Shown: positions 52,113 through 62,554, numbered from the stretch's first letter. The stretch: DNA of 64,000 bases from Candidatus Krumholzibacteriota bacterium (GCA_963727455.1 CAVSGG010000009.1:192001-256000); one strand, 5' to 3'. The notes: generated from the sequence alone by a model not told the origin. Program-made: numbers and translations.

Positions 52113-52595
52113 CTACGAGCTGAGCCCGTCCTCCACCTTCACCAGTCCGAGACGAAGTTTGCGGGTCAGTCGAATCAGGGTTTGGCACTCGCTCTTGCTG
52201 AGTTCCTGCATGGCTTCGCCCACCATTTCGTGATAGGCGGGATCAATGGCATCGATTTGCGTGCGGCCGGCCGCGGTCAGAACCACGTGATAGCGGCGCC
52301 GGTCCTCGGGATCGACTTCGCGGCGGATGAGACCTTCTGTTTCGAGCCGGTCGATGAGAGGAGTGACATTCGATTTGTCGACGAGCAGGCGCTCACTCAA
52401 GTCACTCTGGCTCAGATCGGTCATGGCATGACGCAAAACGAGCAGCAGGTTGAACTCCGCCTCGGAGATCTTGGAGCGGCGAAAGAAGCGACGAGCCATT
52501 CGTTTCATCAAGGTCCCCGTCCACCAGACGTTCACCAGGGCCTCGTGATCGGTGTAGCGAAAGACCTGGGGGATGTCGACCCGCGCGTCGCCCAT
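52113..52595 (-). CDS. MarR-family regulator
   Basis: SQSDLSERL, LIDRLETEGLI, DRRRYHVVLT. Confidence 0.92.
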   Translation of the reverse strand: MGDARVDIPQVFRYTDHEALVNVWWTGTLMKRMARRFFRRSKISEAEFNLLLVLRHAMTDLSQSDLSERLLVDKSNVTPLIDRLETEGLIRREVDPEDRRRYHVVLTAAGRTQIDAIDPAYHEMVGEAMQELSKSECQTLIRLTRKLRLGLVKVEDGLSS

Positions 52596-52621
52596 GGAGC
52601 ACTCCTTTAATTGAGTTAAAT

Positions 52622-52656
52622 ATAGTTTCGTTTATAATTATTATAATATCAACTAT
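52622..52656. promoter_or_regulatory. AT-rich palindromic operator upstream of marR
   Basis: ATAGTT-N4-TTATAAT-T-ATTATAA-N4-AACTAT dyad. Confidence 0.65.
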
Positions 52657-53541
52657 TGCTGCAAGAGCTCCGGCGCGCGAAGCGCCTGCGCGAGGAGACC
52701 GAGGCCATGCTCTTGTCATGGCAGCACTCGGGCTTTGGGGTCCATGCCGGCGAGCCGGTGCTGCCCGATCACACCGAGCGCCAGGAGCATCTCGCGCGAT
52801 ACATCACCCGCGCGCCAATCCGGCTCGACGCGATCACCCCGCTCGACGCCAAGCAGGTTCGGGTTCGGACACCGATCCATCCCAGCACCGGCCAACGTGA
52901 TCTCGAACTCGATGTTCTGGAGATGATCCGCCGTCTGTGCGCCCAGATCCCCGCGCCACGGCAGCATTTGGTCAGATACTACGGCTGGTACTCGCACCGG
53001 GCCCGAGGGGCAAGAGCCAACCCCCAGGACGCGACGATCGCCAGGGCACCGTCCACTGCGCGCAGCCGCAGCTGGGCACGCCTGCTGCGCAGGATCTTCG
53101 AGCTGGACCCCATGCTCTGCCCGCAGTGCGGGGGAACCATGAAGATCGTGTCGGTGATCGACGAAGCAGCGGTGGTGGACCGGATTCTCAGACACCTGGT
53201 ACGGATCGGCGGCAACGACCCGCACGAGGGGACGGCGCAACGAGCTCCGCCAAGAGCATGAACCCCTACCAGTACCCTCAGCCTCCCGACGAACGCGCAA
53301 GGGCACGAGCGTCGGGGGTACGGTGTGCCCAAGGATAGGTGGAAGCCGCTCAGGTGGGCGCATGTCGGGCGAACAGAGTTGCGGTAGGGTGAGTCGGGGA
53401 TCGACAATCAATCCTCATCGTGATCATCGCACCGAGAACACAGCGCAAAGAGCACCCGTTCTGAAGTTCGGTGCTCGCTTTTCAGCTAAAGCGCCGTATA
53501 CAATCCACTATCCGTAAAGCGCCGTATACAATCCACTATCC
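52657..53541 (+). mobile_element. IS91/ISCR-type remnant, copy 2 (5'-truncated, ori end present)
   Basis: HSGFGVH, LARYITR (catalytic Tyr region), zinc-finger tail; subterminal hairpin; ends CTATCC followed by GTTC. Confidence 0.88.
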
Positions 53542-53542
53542 G
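53487..53542 (+). repeat. Exact tandem duplication (2 x 28 bp) of the element tip
   Basis: TAAAGCGCCGTATACAATCCACTATCCG twice. Confidence 0.95.
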
Positions 53543-53640
53543 TTCCAGGAGGAATCAGCTAGCTGGCAAATCGTGTGGATTGATTGGAACATCAGAAGGG
53601 TGGATCTAGATTCGAACCATCTGACCCATCGGGGGATGTA

Positions 53641-54753
53641 ATGAGTAGAGTGAAGATTTCTATATTCTTGGTGATTCTACTGCTTTCCGCTCGAGCGCAG
53701 GCCAGCGGAGTGGTGCTGGGAGTATGTGTGTTCCCAGACAGCTTGCCAATGGACACTCCAATGTACTCAGAACTTTCAGTGACCCCCTGGGTGCCGACAG
53801 ACCTATATGTCTGCGCATATGGATGGGGCGATTCGCTCTTGATTACGGGCTGGGAAGGAAAATTGGAGGGTCCTGCATCACATGATTCAACATTGTACAG
53901 AGGCGCTACGACTCTCTATCCTGCTAGTGCATTGAACTATGGAGATGACTCGATCTTTCGAGTTGGGCTCGGAGAATGTGTGGCTGCTCCGCCTGAATCC
54001 GTCATCGTCCTTGCAAAGGTTTCTTACATACCTTCTGCTGAATTCAATGCAGGAGCATTTACCTTACGAGGATTGGGTGGTCTCTGTAGTTGCCGCGTAA
54101 CGCTTCGTTCAGGCGAGCTGATATCCGCAACATCCTCCTATTCTGCTATTTTCAAGAACATTAATGTCTATGGAAACGATCCATATCCGAGGCCAGACCC
54201 CCCCTTACCCCATCCGCCTTTTCCTAATCGGGTTCAACCGGTTATTGCTGCGATTGGGGTAGTGACGGATTTCCGCACACCGTTCAAGGCCGACTGTTGG
54301 TCCTATAGCATTGTTGATGTAACTATCGAACAGTCAATCGTGGGGAACGCATCCGGCACGCAATCATTCTTGAGTCTAGGAGCCATAATCCCTCAAGAGG
54401 GAGCAGCGACATCGATGGTAGAGGGGTTTCCGAAATATGATTATCAGTATTTCAAACCTGGGGATCGTATTATTTTCGCTGCCGCGACCTTTGAAGAAGG
54501 TAGACGAAGGATCACGTATGATCCATTTCCGGTTCCCTACCGCATTCGTTGGGCCGAGATTCTGCTGCAGTCCGCAGACAATGAAACTCAATTGACCTAT
54601 GAGCAAAGCGAGATCGTGCCGACATATCCTCCCCCAAGCGGTTCAACTGTGAATGGAAAATACAATGCGTCATACATAGAGCGAACTCTGATTGACTCTG
54701 GAGCTTCTCTCGAAGATCGCATTACCGAGCTACTCCAGTATTACGGGGGTTGA
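53641..54753 (+). CDS. Secreted hypothetical protein (lower GC)
   Basis: Signal peptide ending AQA; visibly more AT-rich than the core genes. Confidence 0.7.
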   Translation: MSRVKISIFLVILLLSARAQASGVVLGVCVFPDSLPMDTPMYSELSVTPWVPTDLYVCAYGWGDSLLITGWEGKLEGPASHDSTLYRGATTLYPASALNYGDDSIFRVGLGECVAAPPESVIVLAKVSYIPSAEFNAGAFTLRGLGGLCSCRVTLRSGELISATSSYSAIFKNINVYGNDPYPRPDPPLPHPPFPNRVQPVIAAIGVVTDFRTPFKADCWSYSIVDVTIEQSIVGNASGTQSFLSLGAIIPQEGAATSMVEGFPKYDYQYFKPGDRIIFAAATFEEGRRRITYDPFPVPYRIRWAEILLQSADNETQLTYEQSEIVPTYPPPSGSTVNGKYNASYIERTLIDSGASLEDRITELLQYYGG

Positions 54754-55361
54754 TCACAGTGTGTCGTGTTATCAAGCACAGCCTGTTCATATTCTTCTTC
54801 TTCAGCGTCCTGGATCCTGGCACTTGCATTGGGCAACCGAGCGGTCACGAGACTCTCCGTGCGAGCTGTTACCAGTGGATGGCAGATCAGAAGGCTAGTC
54901 TGACGGCCCCTTGGCCAATTGCCTTTTGGTTGAATGCCATGAACACCGCAAGCAACGCGAATATTGTCTTCTCGGAAACTCAGGAGGAGAGCAAGGCCGA
55001 CATCACGATTAGTAGTGCCGGTTTTTCTAGCGGGGAACCAGGTGCTATCGGGGAGACGACTTTCACCACTGGACATATCAGTGTGACGTATGACCCCAAT
55101 GTAACGTGGGATGCTGACGGTGACCCGGTCGACGCAAAGTCATACGCGCTGCAAGGGTTACTTTACCATGAGGTGGGGCATGTGTTTGGGGCTGAACATG
55201 AATATTCCGGTTGTCCAGCGCAGGGAGCAGAGACTCCTGATGGCGTTGTAAGCACCATGTGGTCTCGAGGCAACGATACGACCTGTGGCTACGATCCAAT
55301 CTATGAGAAAGACCATTTCTCGACGCCTTTGGCTACCGATACAGACTGGATGGCCACTACC
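54750..55361 (+). pseudogene. Matrixin/metzincin-like metalloprotease domain truncated by an IS
   Basis: HEVGHVFGAEH (HExxHxxGxxH) and STM Met-turn; the frame runs into the IS left end. Confidence 0.72.
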
Positions 55362-55450
55362 TGTTTCCCGTCAGACTGATTGAGACAGATCCAAGCTAAA
55401 AATAGAGGACACTTCTGAGGTATCCTTAAGAACCCCAAAGGGAGTGTACC

Positions 55451-55813
55451 ATGTCCGAATCTACGAGTCCCGAGTCGAAAGTCCGTGAGATCCGCCGCAA
55501 GACACGCAGACGTTACAGCGCGGAGGAGAAGATTCGTATCGTCCTGGACGGATTGAAGGGTGAGGACAGTATTGCCGAGCTCTGTCGTCGGGAGGGGATT
55601 AGCCCGAATCTCTACTACACCTGGTCCAAGGAGTTTCTGGAGGCCGGCAAGCGCCGTCTGATGGGCGACACCAAGCGCGAGGCGAGCAGCAGCGAGGTAG
55701 AGGATCTTCGTCAGGAGAACAGCGAGCTGAAGCATACGGTCGCCGATCTGACGCTGCGTGTCCGTGGGCTCAAAAAAAATATCAGTGGCTTAGACGGCGG
55801 ACGGGGCCGCTGA
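55451..55813 (+). CDS. Transposase OrfA (HTH)
   Basis: RYSAEEKIRIVL, SIAELCRREGI; A8 slippery run at 55772-55779. Confidence 0.9.
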   Translation: MSESTSPESKVREIRRKTRRRYSAEEKIRIVLDGLKGEDSIAELCRREGISPNLYYTWSKEFLEAGKRRLMGDTKREASSSEVEDLRQENSELKHTVADLTLRVRGLKKNISGLDGGRGR

Positions 55814-55815
55814 CG

Positions 55816-56841
55816 ATGCGATTCAGTCAGCCGGAAAGGATGGAGATCATCCGCCTGGTCGAGGAGTCGGAGCTGGGAGTGAAGCAAACGCTGCAGGAGC
55901 TGGATGTTCCTCGGAGTACCTTCTACCGCTGGTATCGGCGCTACGAGGAGGCAGGCTACGAGGGCCTGGCCTTGAGGCAATCAGCGCGGCAATTCTGGAA
56001 TCGGATTCCCGATCCTGAGAGGCAGCAGGTTGTGGAAACAGCGCTGGAGAAGCCCGAGATGAGCCCCCGGGAGCTGGCCTGGCACATCACGGATACCCAG
56101 GGGCTGTACATCTCCGAGTCCAGCGTCTACCGCATCCTGAAGGACTTCGATCTGGTGACCAGTCCGCACTACATCGTGATGCACGCCGCGGATGAGTTTG
56201 CGCGGCCGACGCGGGCGATCCACGAGCTGTGGCAGACGGATTTCACCTACTTCCGGATCGTCCACTGGGGCTGGTACTACCTGCTGACGATCCTGGACGA
56301 TTACAGCCGCTACATCATCGCCTGGAAGCTCTATACGGGGATGGGGACTGCGGATGTCACCGATCTCCTCGATGAGGCGATCGAGAAGACAGGCGCGGAT
56401 CACGTGGCGGTGAAACATCGACCCAGGCTGCTTTCGGACAATGGACCTTGCTTCGTCTCTCAGGAGCTGAAGGAGTATCTGCAGGCCCATGAGATGAGGC
56501 ACACCCGTGGCAAGCCCTACCATCCGATGACGCAGGGGAAGATCGAGCGTTACCACCGGACGATGAAGAACGTGGTGAAGCTGAAGAACTACTACGCACC
56601 GGGGGAGCTGAGCGAAGAGCTCGAGCGCTTCGTCCACTACTACAATCACCAGCGCGTCCACGAGTCGCTGAGCAACCTGACCCCGGCCGACGTGTACCTC
56701 GGTCGGGGGCGGGAGATCCAGACGGCCAGGCAGCGGCTGAAGGCGCAGACGCTACGCCGCCGCAGGCGCTACAACAAAGGTCTCAAACCAGGAAAGGAGG
56801 AGCTGATTCGACCGTCGATCTATCGTGAAAGTGTCCTTTAG
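55816..56841 (+). CDS. Transposase OrfB (rve DDE)
   Basis: WQTDFT, LSDNG, QGKIERYH; in the -1 frame relative to OrfA and open from the A8 run. Confidence 0.92.
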   Translation: MRFSQPERMEIIRLVEESELGVKQTLQELDVPRSTFYRWYRRYEEAGYEGLALRQSARQFWNRIPDPERQQVVETALEKPEMSPRELAWHITDTQGLYISESSVYRILKDFDLVTSPHYIVMHAADEFARPTRAIHELWQTDFTYFRIVHWGWYYLLTILDDYSRYIIAWKLYTGMGTADVTDLLDEAIEKTGADHVAVKHRPRLLSDNGPCFVSQELKEYLQAHEMRHTRGKPYHPMTQGKIERYHRTMKNVVKLKNYYAPGELSEELERFVHYYNHQRVHESLSNLTPADVYLGRGREIQTARQRLKAQTLRRRRRYNKGLKPGKEELIRPSIYRESVL

Positions 56842-56880
56842 CAATCGGCGCAATTTGTCCCAATCAGTTGACGACGTACA

Positions 56881-57602
56881 GCCTATCCCTTTGCTTCGAA
56901 TACACTGTTACGCAATGATGGAGGAACCTTCACCGATGTTTCTTCGAGTCCTCTGAACAGTGACCAAGGCACCGTTGGTGTCGCGTGGGGTGACTACGAC
57001 TGTGATGGCTATCTGGATCTGTATTTGGCGAACCTAGACCACCCAAGTCAACTGCTTCACAACCGTGGTGATGGGACTTTCGAAGATGTTACTCCGCCCG
57101 TTCTCGCGGACAGTGGTGGTAGCAGAAGTCCGGCATGGATCGATTTTGACAACGACGGATGGTTGGACCTCCATCTGACTAGCGGACCCGATCCAAGCCG
57201 ACTATTCCACAATTTGGGAGGCACCTTCTCTGACGTATCCGCCCCGCCTCTCAATGCTGGCGGGGTCCAGAATGGCGCCGGTTGGTCGGATGTCGACGGG
57301 GACGGGGATCTAGACGTCTTCATGGCGACCGACGATGCCGATTCATCAAGCCTCCTTCTGAAGAACCAACAGAATTCGGCGAACCACTGGATCGAGGTCG
57401 AGCCTTATGGCACGGTCTCCAACCGATTTGGAATCGGCCTTCGCCTCCGCGCCATCACTGGTACCCATTCCCAGATCCAAGAGATCACTGCAGGATCTGG
57501 ATTCTGGTCGCAACACTCAAGGATTGCTCACTTCGGTCTTGGGACAGCAACTACCGTCGACTCCCTATTTCTGCGTTGGCCCAGTGGCATCGTGCAGACG
57601 CT
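56881..57602 (+). pseudogene. FG-GAP repeat + ASPIC/UnbV (CRTAC1-like) segment of a disrupted gene
   Basis: WGDYDCDGYLDL, DFDNDGWLDL, DVDGDGDLDV, GSGFWSQ..HFGLG..RWPSG. Confidence 0.85.
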
Positions 57603-57652
57603 GTAACCGGTCGCTCTAGGGAGTCTTGCGTTCTCGGTTTTGTCGCGGATTC

Positions 57653-59221
57653 CTATCTCTCATCTGCGATGGAGCGCATGGGATCGTCAGCGAAGTTCTC
57701 TTTCCACAGCCTCGGGGTCAGCTGATGGACCTTGTTGGCGGGGTGCGTTGCGATCCGCTGCAGCACATCGACCAGGTAGACGTAGGGATCGATCTCGTGC
57801 ATGCGACAGGTTCGTAGTAAACTCTGGACCACGGCCACCTGCTGCGCTCCCATCTCCGTCCAACAAAAGAGCCAGTTTTTTCTTCCCAACGCAATCGGCC
57901 TGATCTCACGCTCGAGATGATTCGTGTCCAAAGGCACGTCGGGATTCTCGAGAAATACCCTCAAGGCCTTCTCTCGATCCAGCGTGTAATGTGCCGCTTT
58001 GGTAAATAGGCTGCTGGGTAAGAGCAAGTGATCGTGAAAGGCCTCGGCAAGCCACGCAAAGAAGCGATCGACAGTCGGTTTACAATGTACCGCCCGGTAA
58101 AGCAGCGCCTTCTCTTCGGACCGATGCTTCTCCTTTAGAATCGATTCGTGCTTGTACAGCTCGGCAATCCAATCCAGAGCCTTCTTTGCCAAAGCCGGCT
58201 CGCTCGCTTCGGCCTGCACAAACTTGCGGCGAGTGTGACTCCAACACTGCGCGCGGGTGACACCCTCGCTTGCTTTTGCAAAGCGCTCGTAGGCCTCATA
58301 GCCATCGCTCAGGAGCACACCCTGGTAGGCTCCCAGTGCCTCGTGAATCACCCGCGTCGCCCGCGTTGCAGCAAAGACGAAGGCGATCTCCTTCTTCTCA
58401 CCGAAGATCGGCCAAAAGTAGCCGGTCTTCATCTTCCCCTTGCCCTTACGCCCCGCCTTGATCGGCGTTTCGTCCATGGCCAGCACCTGACTGTCGAGGA
58501 TCGAGGAGAGCTGGGCCTGGTAGAGGGGCACCAGGAGCTCGCTGGTGCGCTGCGCCCAATTGGTCAGCGTGGAGCGACTGAGGTGGACCCCGGCCTGCTC
58601 CATGCGCTGGTGCTGGCGATAAAGGGGTAAGTGATACACAAACTTATCGATGAGTGTACACGCTAAGACGCTCACGTCGGCCACACAGCGTTCGAGCACG
58701 GTAGGAGGGAAGTCGGGCGCAAGGAAGGCCCCATTGTCCTTGCGTTTGATCACGGGTCTGCGGTAGCGCACGATCTCGTAGGTAGCGGGCTTCTGGAGAA
58801 GACGGCTCGTGGTCTTGTGGCCGACAATATCATAGCTACCAGGATCGAGGGCCTCAGCCTCGGGGCACGCGAGAGTTTCCTCCCGCACCGGCAGTGAAGG
58901 GTCAAATCGAAGTTTGGTGCTGTCACTGGGCCCAGAAAACCGTTTGCGCCGGGCATGGCCTTCGACTTTGGTCTCCTCCACGGGTGTGGCCTCTATGGCC
59001 TGAAGGCTTTCTCCCAGGGACAGCTGGCGGGATTCATCGAGGGTCAGGCGGCGCTCGGACTTCTCCCCGAAGAGCTGGCGTTTGAACCAATCGAGTTGGT
59101 GCTGCAGCTCGTCGATGCGCTCAGTAAGTTGTTCGTTGGTTTTCTCGATCGCAGTCTTGGCCTCGAGCAGCGCGGCAATCTCTTCGCGGTTCATCGTGTC
59201 TGCGCGCTCTAAAGAAGTCAT
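57653..59221 (-). CDS. tnpC: IS66 transposase TnpC
   Basis: LFGEKSER, HLPLYRQ, MDETP, SDGY, CWSHTRRKF, DTNHLEREIR..LGRKNWLF. Confidence 0.95.
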   Translation of the reverse strand: MTSLERADTMNREEIAALLEAKTAIEKTNEQLTERIDELQHQLDWFKRQLFGEKSERRLTLDESRQLSLGESLQAIEATPVEETKVEGHARRKRFSGPSDSTKLRFDPSLPVREETLACPEAEALDPGSYDIVGHKTTSRLLQKPATYEIVRYRRPVIKRKDNGAFLAPDFPPTVLERCVADVSVLACTLIDKFVYHLPLYRQHQRMEQAGVHLSRSTLTNWAQRTSELLVPLYQAQLSSILDSQVLAMDETPIKAGRKGKGKMKTGYFWPIFGEKKEIAFVFAATRATRVIHEALGAYQGVLLSDGYEAYERFAKASEGVTRAQCWSHTRRKFVQAEASEPALAKKALDWIAELYKHESILKEKHRSEEKALLYRAVHCKPTVDRFFAWLAEAFHDHLLLPSSLFTKAAHYTLDREKALRVFLENPDVPLDTNHLEREIRPIALGRKNWLFCWTEMGAQQVAVVQSLLRTCRMHEIDPYVYLVDVLQRIATHPANKVHQLTPRLWKENFADDPMRSIADER

Positions 59222-59230
59222 GCATTCTTT

Positions 59231-59584
59231 CTAGCGCATTTGTGATCTTCTTCCAAGTGGAATCCCATCCAAGAGCAAACGGAACGCCTTCTCGCTCAGC
59301 TCCTGTTTCGCCGAGGAATCCGGCAGGACAAAGCGGCCGCGTTCGAGGCGTTTCGCAAAGAGACAAAAGCCAGTGCGATCCCAGTACACCAGCTTCAGAT
59401 AATTGCGGCGGCGGTTGAAGAAGACGAAGAGCGTCCCCGTGAGCGGGTCTTCTGCGAGCACACTTGTAACCACTCCCAAAAGCCCATCGAACTGTTTGCG
59501 CATGTCGACCGGCTCGCGGTAGGCGAGGATACGAGGGACAGTGGACGAAAACAGCACGCCTAGCTCCGCAGCCGGAGAACGCAT
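59231..59584 (-). CDS. tnpB: IS66 accessory protein TnpB (start uncertain)
   Basis: PVDMRKQFDGL, FVFFNRRR, KRLERGRF. Confidence 0.92.
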   Translation of the reverse strand: MRSPAAELGVLFSSTVPRILAYREPVDMRKQFDGLLGVVTSVLAEDPLTGTLFVFFNRRRNYLKLVYWDRTGFCLFAKRLERGRFVLPDSSAKQELSEKAFRLLLDGIPLGRRSQMR

Positions 59585-59871
59585 CCGCCGGGCAGCTCGA
59601 GCTCGACGGTCCAGGGGGCAAGCTCTTCCCTTTGCGGAGTGATCTCCACGAAGGACTCCTGCGCAGTCTGCGAATTCGTCTCGGCCAAAGTAACCTCAGA
59701 ACGGCGTTGCGAACTCCTCAACTTCCGATGCCAGCGCGCGAAGCTGGCCGCATGGATGTGCTCTCGTTCGCAGAACTTCTCACGGCTCAATCTGCTCTTA
59801 TCGAAGCTATCGAAGATCTCCGACCACTCCGCGGCGCTGCGGTGAACCTTACCATCGGCGGTGACTCGCAT
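59560..59871 (-). CDS. tnpA: IS66 accessory protein TnpA
   Basis: W..S.LS..FC..F..W..KL, FVEI, VELELPGG. Confidence 0.85.
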   Translation of the reverse strand: MRVTADGKVHRSAAEWSEIFDSFDKSRLSREKFCEREHIHAASFARWHRKLRSSQRRSEVTLAETNSQTAQESFVEITPQREELAPWTVELELPGGCVLRLRS

Positions 59872-59977
59872 GAAATCCTCCTCGTTGGAACTCCAGGACC
59901 AATCACCGATCCTGGCTACGAAAAGGATGTAGCAAATCATGAGCAGTATGGGAATACTCCCCAGAGTGACCGGTTAC

Positions 59978-60346
59978 CAGACGCTGGTCGATGTTTCTGT
60001 AGATCAGCGATTCAGGGTCATTGAAAGCGATGTGTCCACGGATGTGCCTGAAACTCCTACGCGGTCCATCGCTTTTCACTTGGGCAATGCAATCCCTAAT
60101 CCTTTCAACCCACGTACCACGATTACCTACTCGATTCCTCAGGAAGGGGCCGTCCTGCTGGAGATCTATGACCTCGCTGGTAGGCATGTGAATACGTTGG
60201 TCAGCGAGCACATCGATGCTGGTGAGCATCACATCCAATGGAACGGCAAGGATGACGCAGGAAACCAAGTGGCCTCAGGGGTCTACCTGTATCAACTCCG
60301 TGCTGGGGACTTTGTGGATACCAAACGGATGGTTTTGTTGAAATGA
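59978..60346 (+). pseudogene. C-terminal FlgD-Ig/T9SS-like domain of the disrupted FG-GAP gene
   Basis: Rejoins in frame after removing IS66 (QTL|VDVSVD); PNPFNP..IYDLAGR..WNGKD..ASGVY. Confidence 0.85.
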
Positions 60347-60426
60347 GGCGCACACAATTCCGTGACGTTCACGCAGGGAGCAGGTGGCACAACAGAGGTT
60401 TCACACCACAACTAGGAGCTGGTTCT

Positions 60427-60496
60427 ACCGTCGATCTATCGTGAAAGTGTCCTTTAGCAATCGGCGAGGTTTGTCTCATTCAGTTGACGACGTACA
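60427..60496 (+). mobile_element. Isolated right-end relic of the IS3/IS481-type element
   Basis: About 70 bp matching 56811-56880 with a few mismatches. Confidence 0.85.
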
Positions 60497-60507
60497 ATCA
60501 ACTCTAT

Positions 60508-61311
60508 TCACTTAGCCCACCGGATCTCCTTCACTTCGCGCTGAGGAATGGCGACGACTATCCGGCTTCGTTCGTCGTAGACAAGAAGTCGTTCATCGTT
60601 TGAGTCGACAATGTCAACCACACGGCTTGAATGGTAGCCCCTGTCGTTGGCATCGGTTTGCGCGCCCAAGAAGACTGTCGCGGGAAATTTTTGTCTCACT
60701 GGGTTTGGGCCTAGCGCTCCGAAAAGCAAAGCCAATGGGATCTGCACATATAACAGGAGCATTGCCAGCAATCCCTGCGCAACACGCAAAAACCACGACG
60801 TGCGACGGCGTTCAACGGCCGGATGCGTTAATCGGCTCCGCAATATACCAAATAGTCGTCGGATCGTAAATCCCACGACCAACAAATGAGTGACAACATA
60901 TATGGTGCTACCGCTAGGGCCGGATCTGATTGCTGAAGTAGTATTGTGGGCAATAATATTTGATGCTATTGAGATCGCAAATATTGATAGGGCCCAGAGT
61001 ACAAGCTCTCCGAAAACACGCACTTCGCGCCGCCTTGGCCACGGCAGGCGTATCAGGCTTCTCGAGCCAACGACTACTGCGAAAACTGCAGCCAACACTA
61101 ATGTTACTGTATAACAAATTCCCGGCACCAATAACCCTGAGATACCAATTTTCGGCGCCAAGTTCGCGCCATAGAGTTGTAGCGACGGAGCCACCCACAT
61201 GAAGTACCCCGCGCCATAAACGACGCCTGGCAGCAATACAATAACGGCAAGCGCGTCGCCTAGCGACAGATTCACACGACGATCTGCATCAGGTTCCAGA
61301 ACACTAGACAT
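60508..61311 (-). CDS. Hypothetical membrane protein (cassette-like)
   Basis: About 5 TM segments; starts right after GTTATGG of the attC-like site. Confidence 0.65.
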   Translation of the reverse strand: MSSVLEPDADRRVNLSLGDALAVIVLLPGVVYGAGYFMWVAPSLQLYGANLAPKIGISGLLVPGICYTVTLVLAAVFAVVVGSRSLIRLPWPRRREVRVFGELVLWALSIFAISIASNIIAHNTTSAIRSGPSGSTIYVVTHLLVVGFTIRRLFGILRSRLTHPAVERRRTSWFLRVAQGLLAMLLLYVQIPLALLFGALGPNPVRQKFPATVFLGAQTDANDRGYHSSRVVDIVDSNDERLLVYDERSRIVVAIPQREVKEIRWAK

Positions 61312-61319
61312 TTGCTTCT

Positions 61320-61453
61320 CCATAACGTGTTCGCTCAGCAGCGAGACCACTTGGCGGGACTGATGCTGAGCCACCTCTAATCCCGAGCCTCATGATGCAC
61401 CCGCAGCACTTGGCGTGACAACGGGTCTCGACTGCTGGAGTGGAGAGCTAGGG
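61320..61453 (-). other. attC-like integron recombination site
   Basis: Minus strand: R'' CCCTAGC containing the upstream gene's stop, arms CTCCAGCAGTCGAGACC / GGTCTCGCTGCTGAG with two extrahelical bases, R' GTTATGG. Confidence 0.7.
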
Positions 61454-62317
61454 GCCCTCATGCCGTTCGAACTCGAACTTGTCGGAGTTCTTGAGAGAGA
61501 ACATAGACACTAGGTATTTCTCGTCTTGGACTCGTTGCGCGAGAACCTTCGCATCTGATCTCCAGTTGTTCAGGATGGCAAAGTGAACCCTAGCCGGGTC
61601 GAGTGAATCGAACGCAGCTCGGAGCTTGGTTTTCTCCTGAGCAACGTTCGTGACGATCCACGCTCCCTGCAGCACTTTGTCGGGAGAGGCGGGAGCAAAC
61701 TTCTGTTCAACACTCCTGAAGAGAATCTGTGGATCGTGTTCTGGAGGCGGGAGCTCTCCACACCCGCGATCCGCGCCAAGCACCAGCTTCTCGCTGTGTT
61801 GGTAGAGATCCGCTACTCGACGCTTTACCTCCAGCATTACTCTAGCACCGGTCGGATCGATGAAGAGCCAATCCGCATCGCGCCCGCCGGCGCCGGTTCG
61901 AACCTCAAACCTAGCTTCGATCTCAGGGGACAGCCTGATCATCGGTGAGAATTCGGTTAGTGCATCTAGATGCTTGTTTGCGTCTGAGAGGCGACGCAAG
62001 TAGGTCTTCTCCTGGTCTCCTTGAAGCTGGATCTGGACGCTGGCCAGTACAGAAAACAGCTTGCGCACTTCGATCCAAATGTGCGCCCCGACGAACTCCT
62101 TGCCTCCAACTTCTGCGGGCACTCCGAACTCGTAGCGCCATAACCCAGTAAGACGGTCGAGAAAACAGCCCACGTCCGGCAGAGGGGCAGGCAGAAGGTT
62201 GAGGACTGCCTCGATCTCTTGCGTCGGGACTGAACGTGACTCGCCTTCTCGATGCAGTGCAGCCGGGAGGGACGACTTCTCAGCCACCACTTGTGGAAAG
62301 TATCGGTCGATCAACAA
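61448..62317 (-). CDS. Hypothetical protein, possible PD-(D/E)xK nuclease fold
   Basis: DADW..(x)..LEVKR motif. Confidence 0.55.
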   Translation of the reverse strand: MLIDRYFPQVVAEKSSLPAALHREGESRSVPTQEIEAVLNLLPAPLPDVGCFLDRLTGLWRYEFGVPAEVGGKEFVGAHIWIEVRKLFSVLASVQIQLQGDQEKTYLRRLSDANKHLDALTEFSPMIRLSPEIEARFEVRTGAGGRDADWLFIDPTGARVMLEVKRRVADLYQHSEKLVLGADRGCGELPPPEHDPQILFRSVEQKFAPASPDKVLQGAWIVTNVAQEKTKLRAAFDSLDPARVHFAILNNWRSDAKVLAQRVQDEKYLVSMFSLKNSDKFEFERHEGP

Positions 62318-62554
62318 CCAAGTCCCTCTCTAGTGCGGCTAATCTAGATTCTACTGCCCCACAAAAGGGTCCGCTGCGAATTATCCAGTATCGGTAATTA
62401 TCCTACGCCTCACCGGGAAGCCGAGCAAGCGTATGATTTCCGAGGGTCTCGAGCTTGCCCAGCACCTCCGTTCGAGGGTCCGACTCATAAGTTTTGCACC
62501 AAATCGGTTCCAGGAGAGTATGTCAGTCTTCCCTCTCTGTTCTGCGCTTTACGC

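Larger units (their letters stand above)
55362..56880 (+). mobile_element. IS3/IS481-type element
   Basis: TGT...ACA ends; IRs TGTTTCCCGTCAGACTGATTGAGACA vs TGTACGTCGTCAACTGATTGGGACA; no target duplication seen. Confidence 0.88.
57603..59977 (-). mobile_element. IS66-family element, complete
   Basis: 22-bp IRs starting GTAACCGGTC (2 mismatches); 8-bp target duplication CAGACGCT at 57595-57602 and 59978-59985. Confidence 0.95.

Noticed and set aside
53487-53542. CRISPR array from the 28-bp and 38-bp repeats
   Set aside because: Only two abutting units, no spacers and no cas genes
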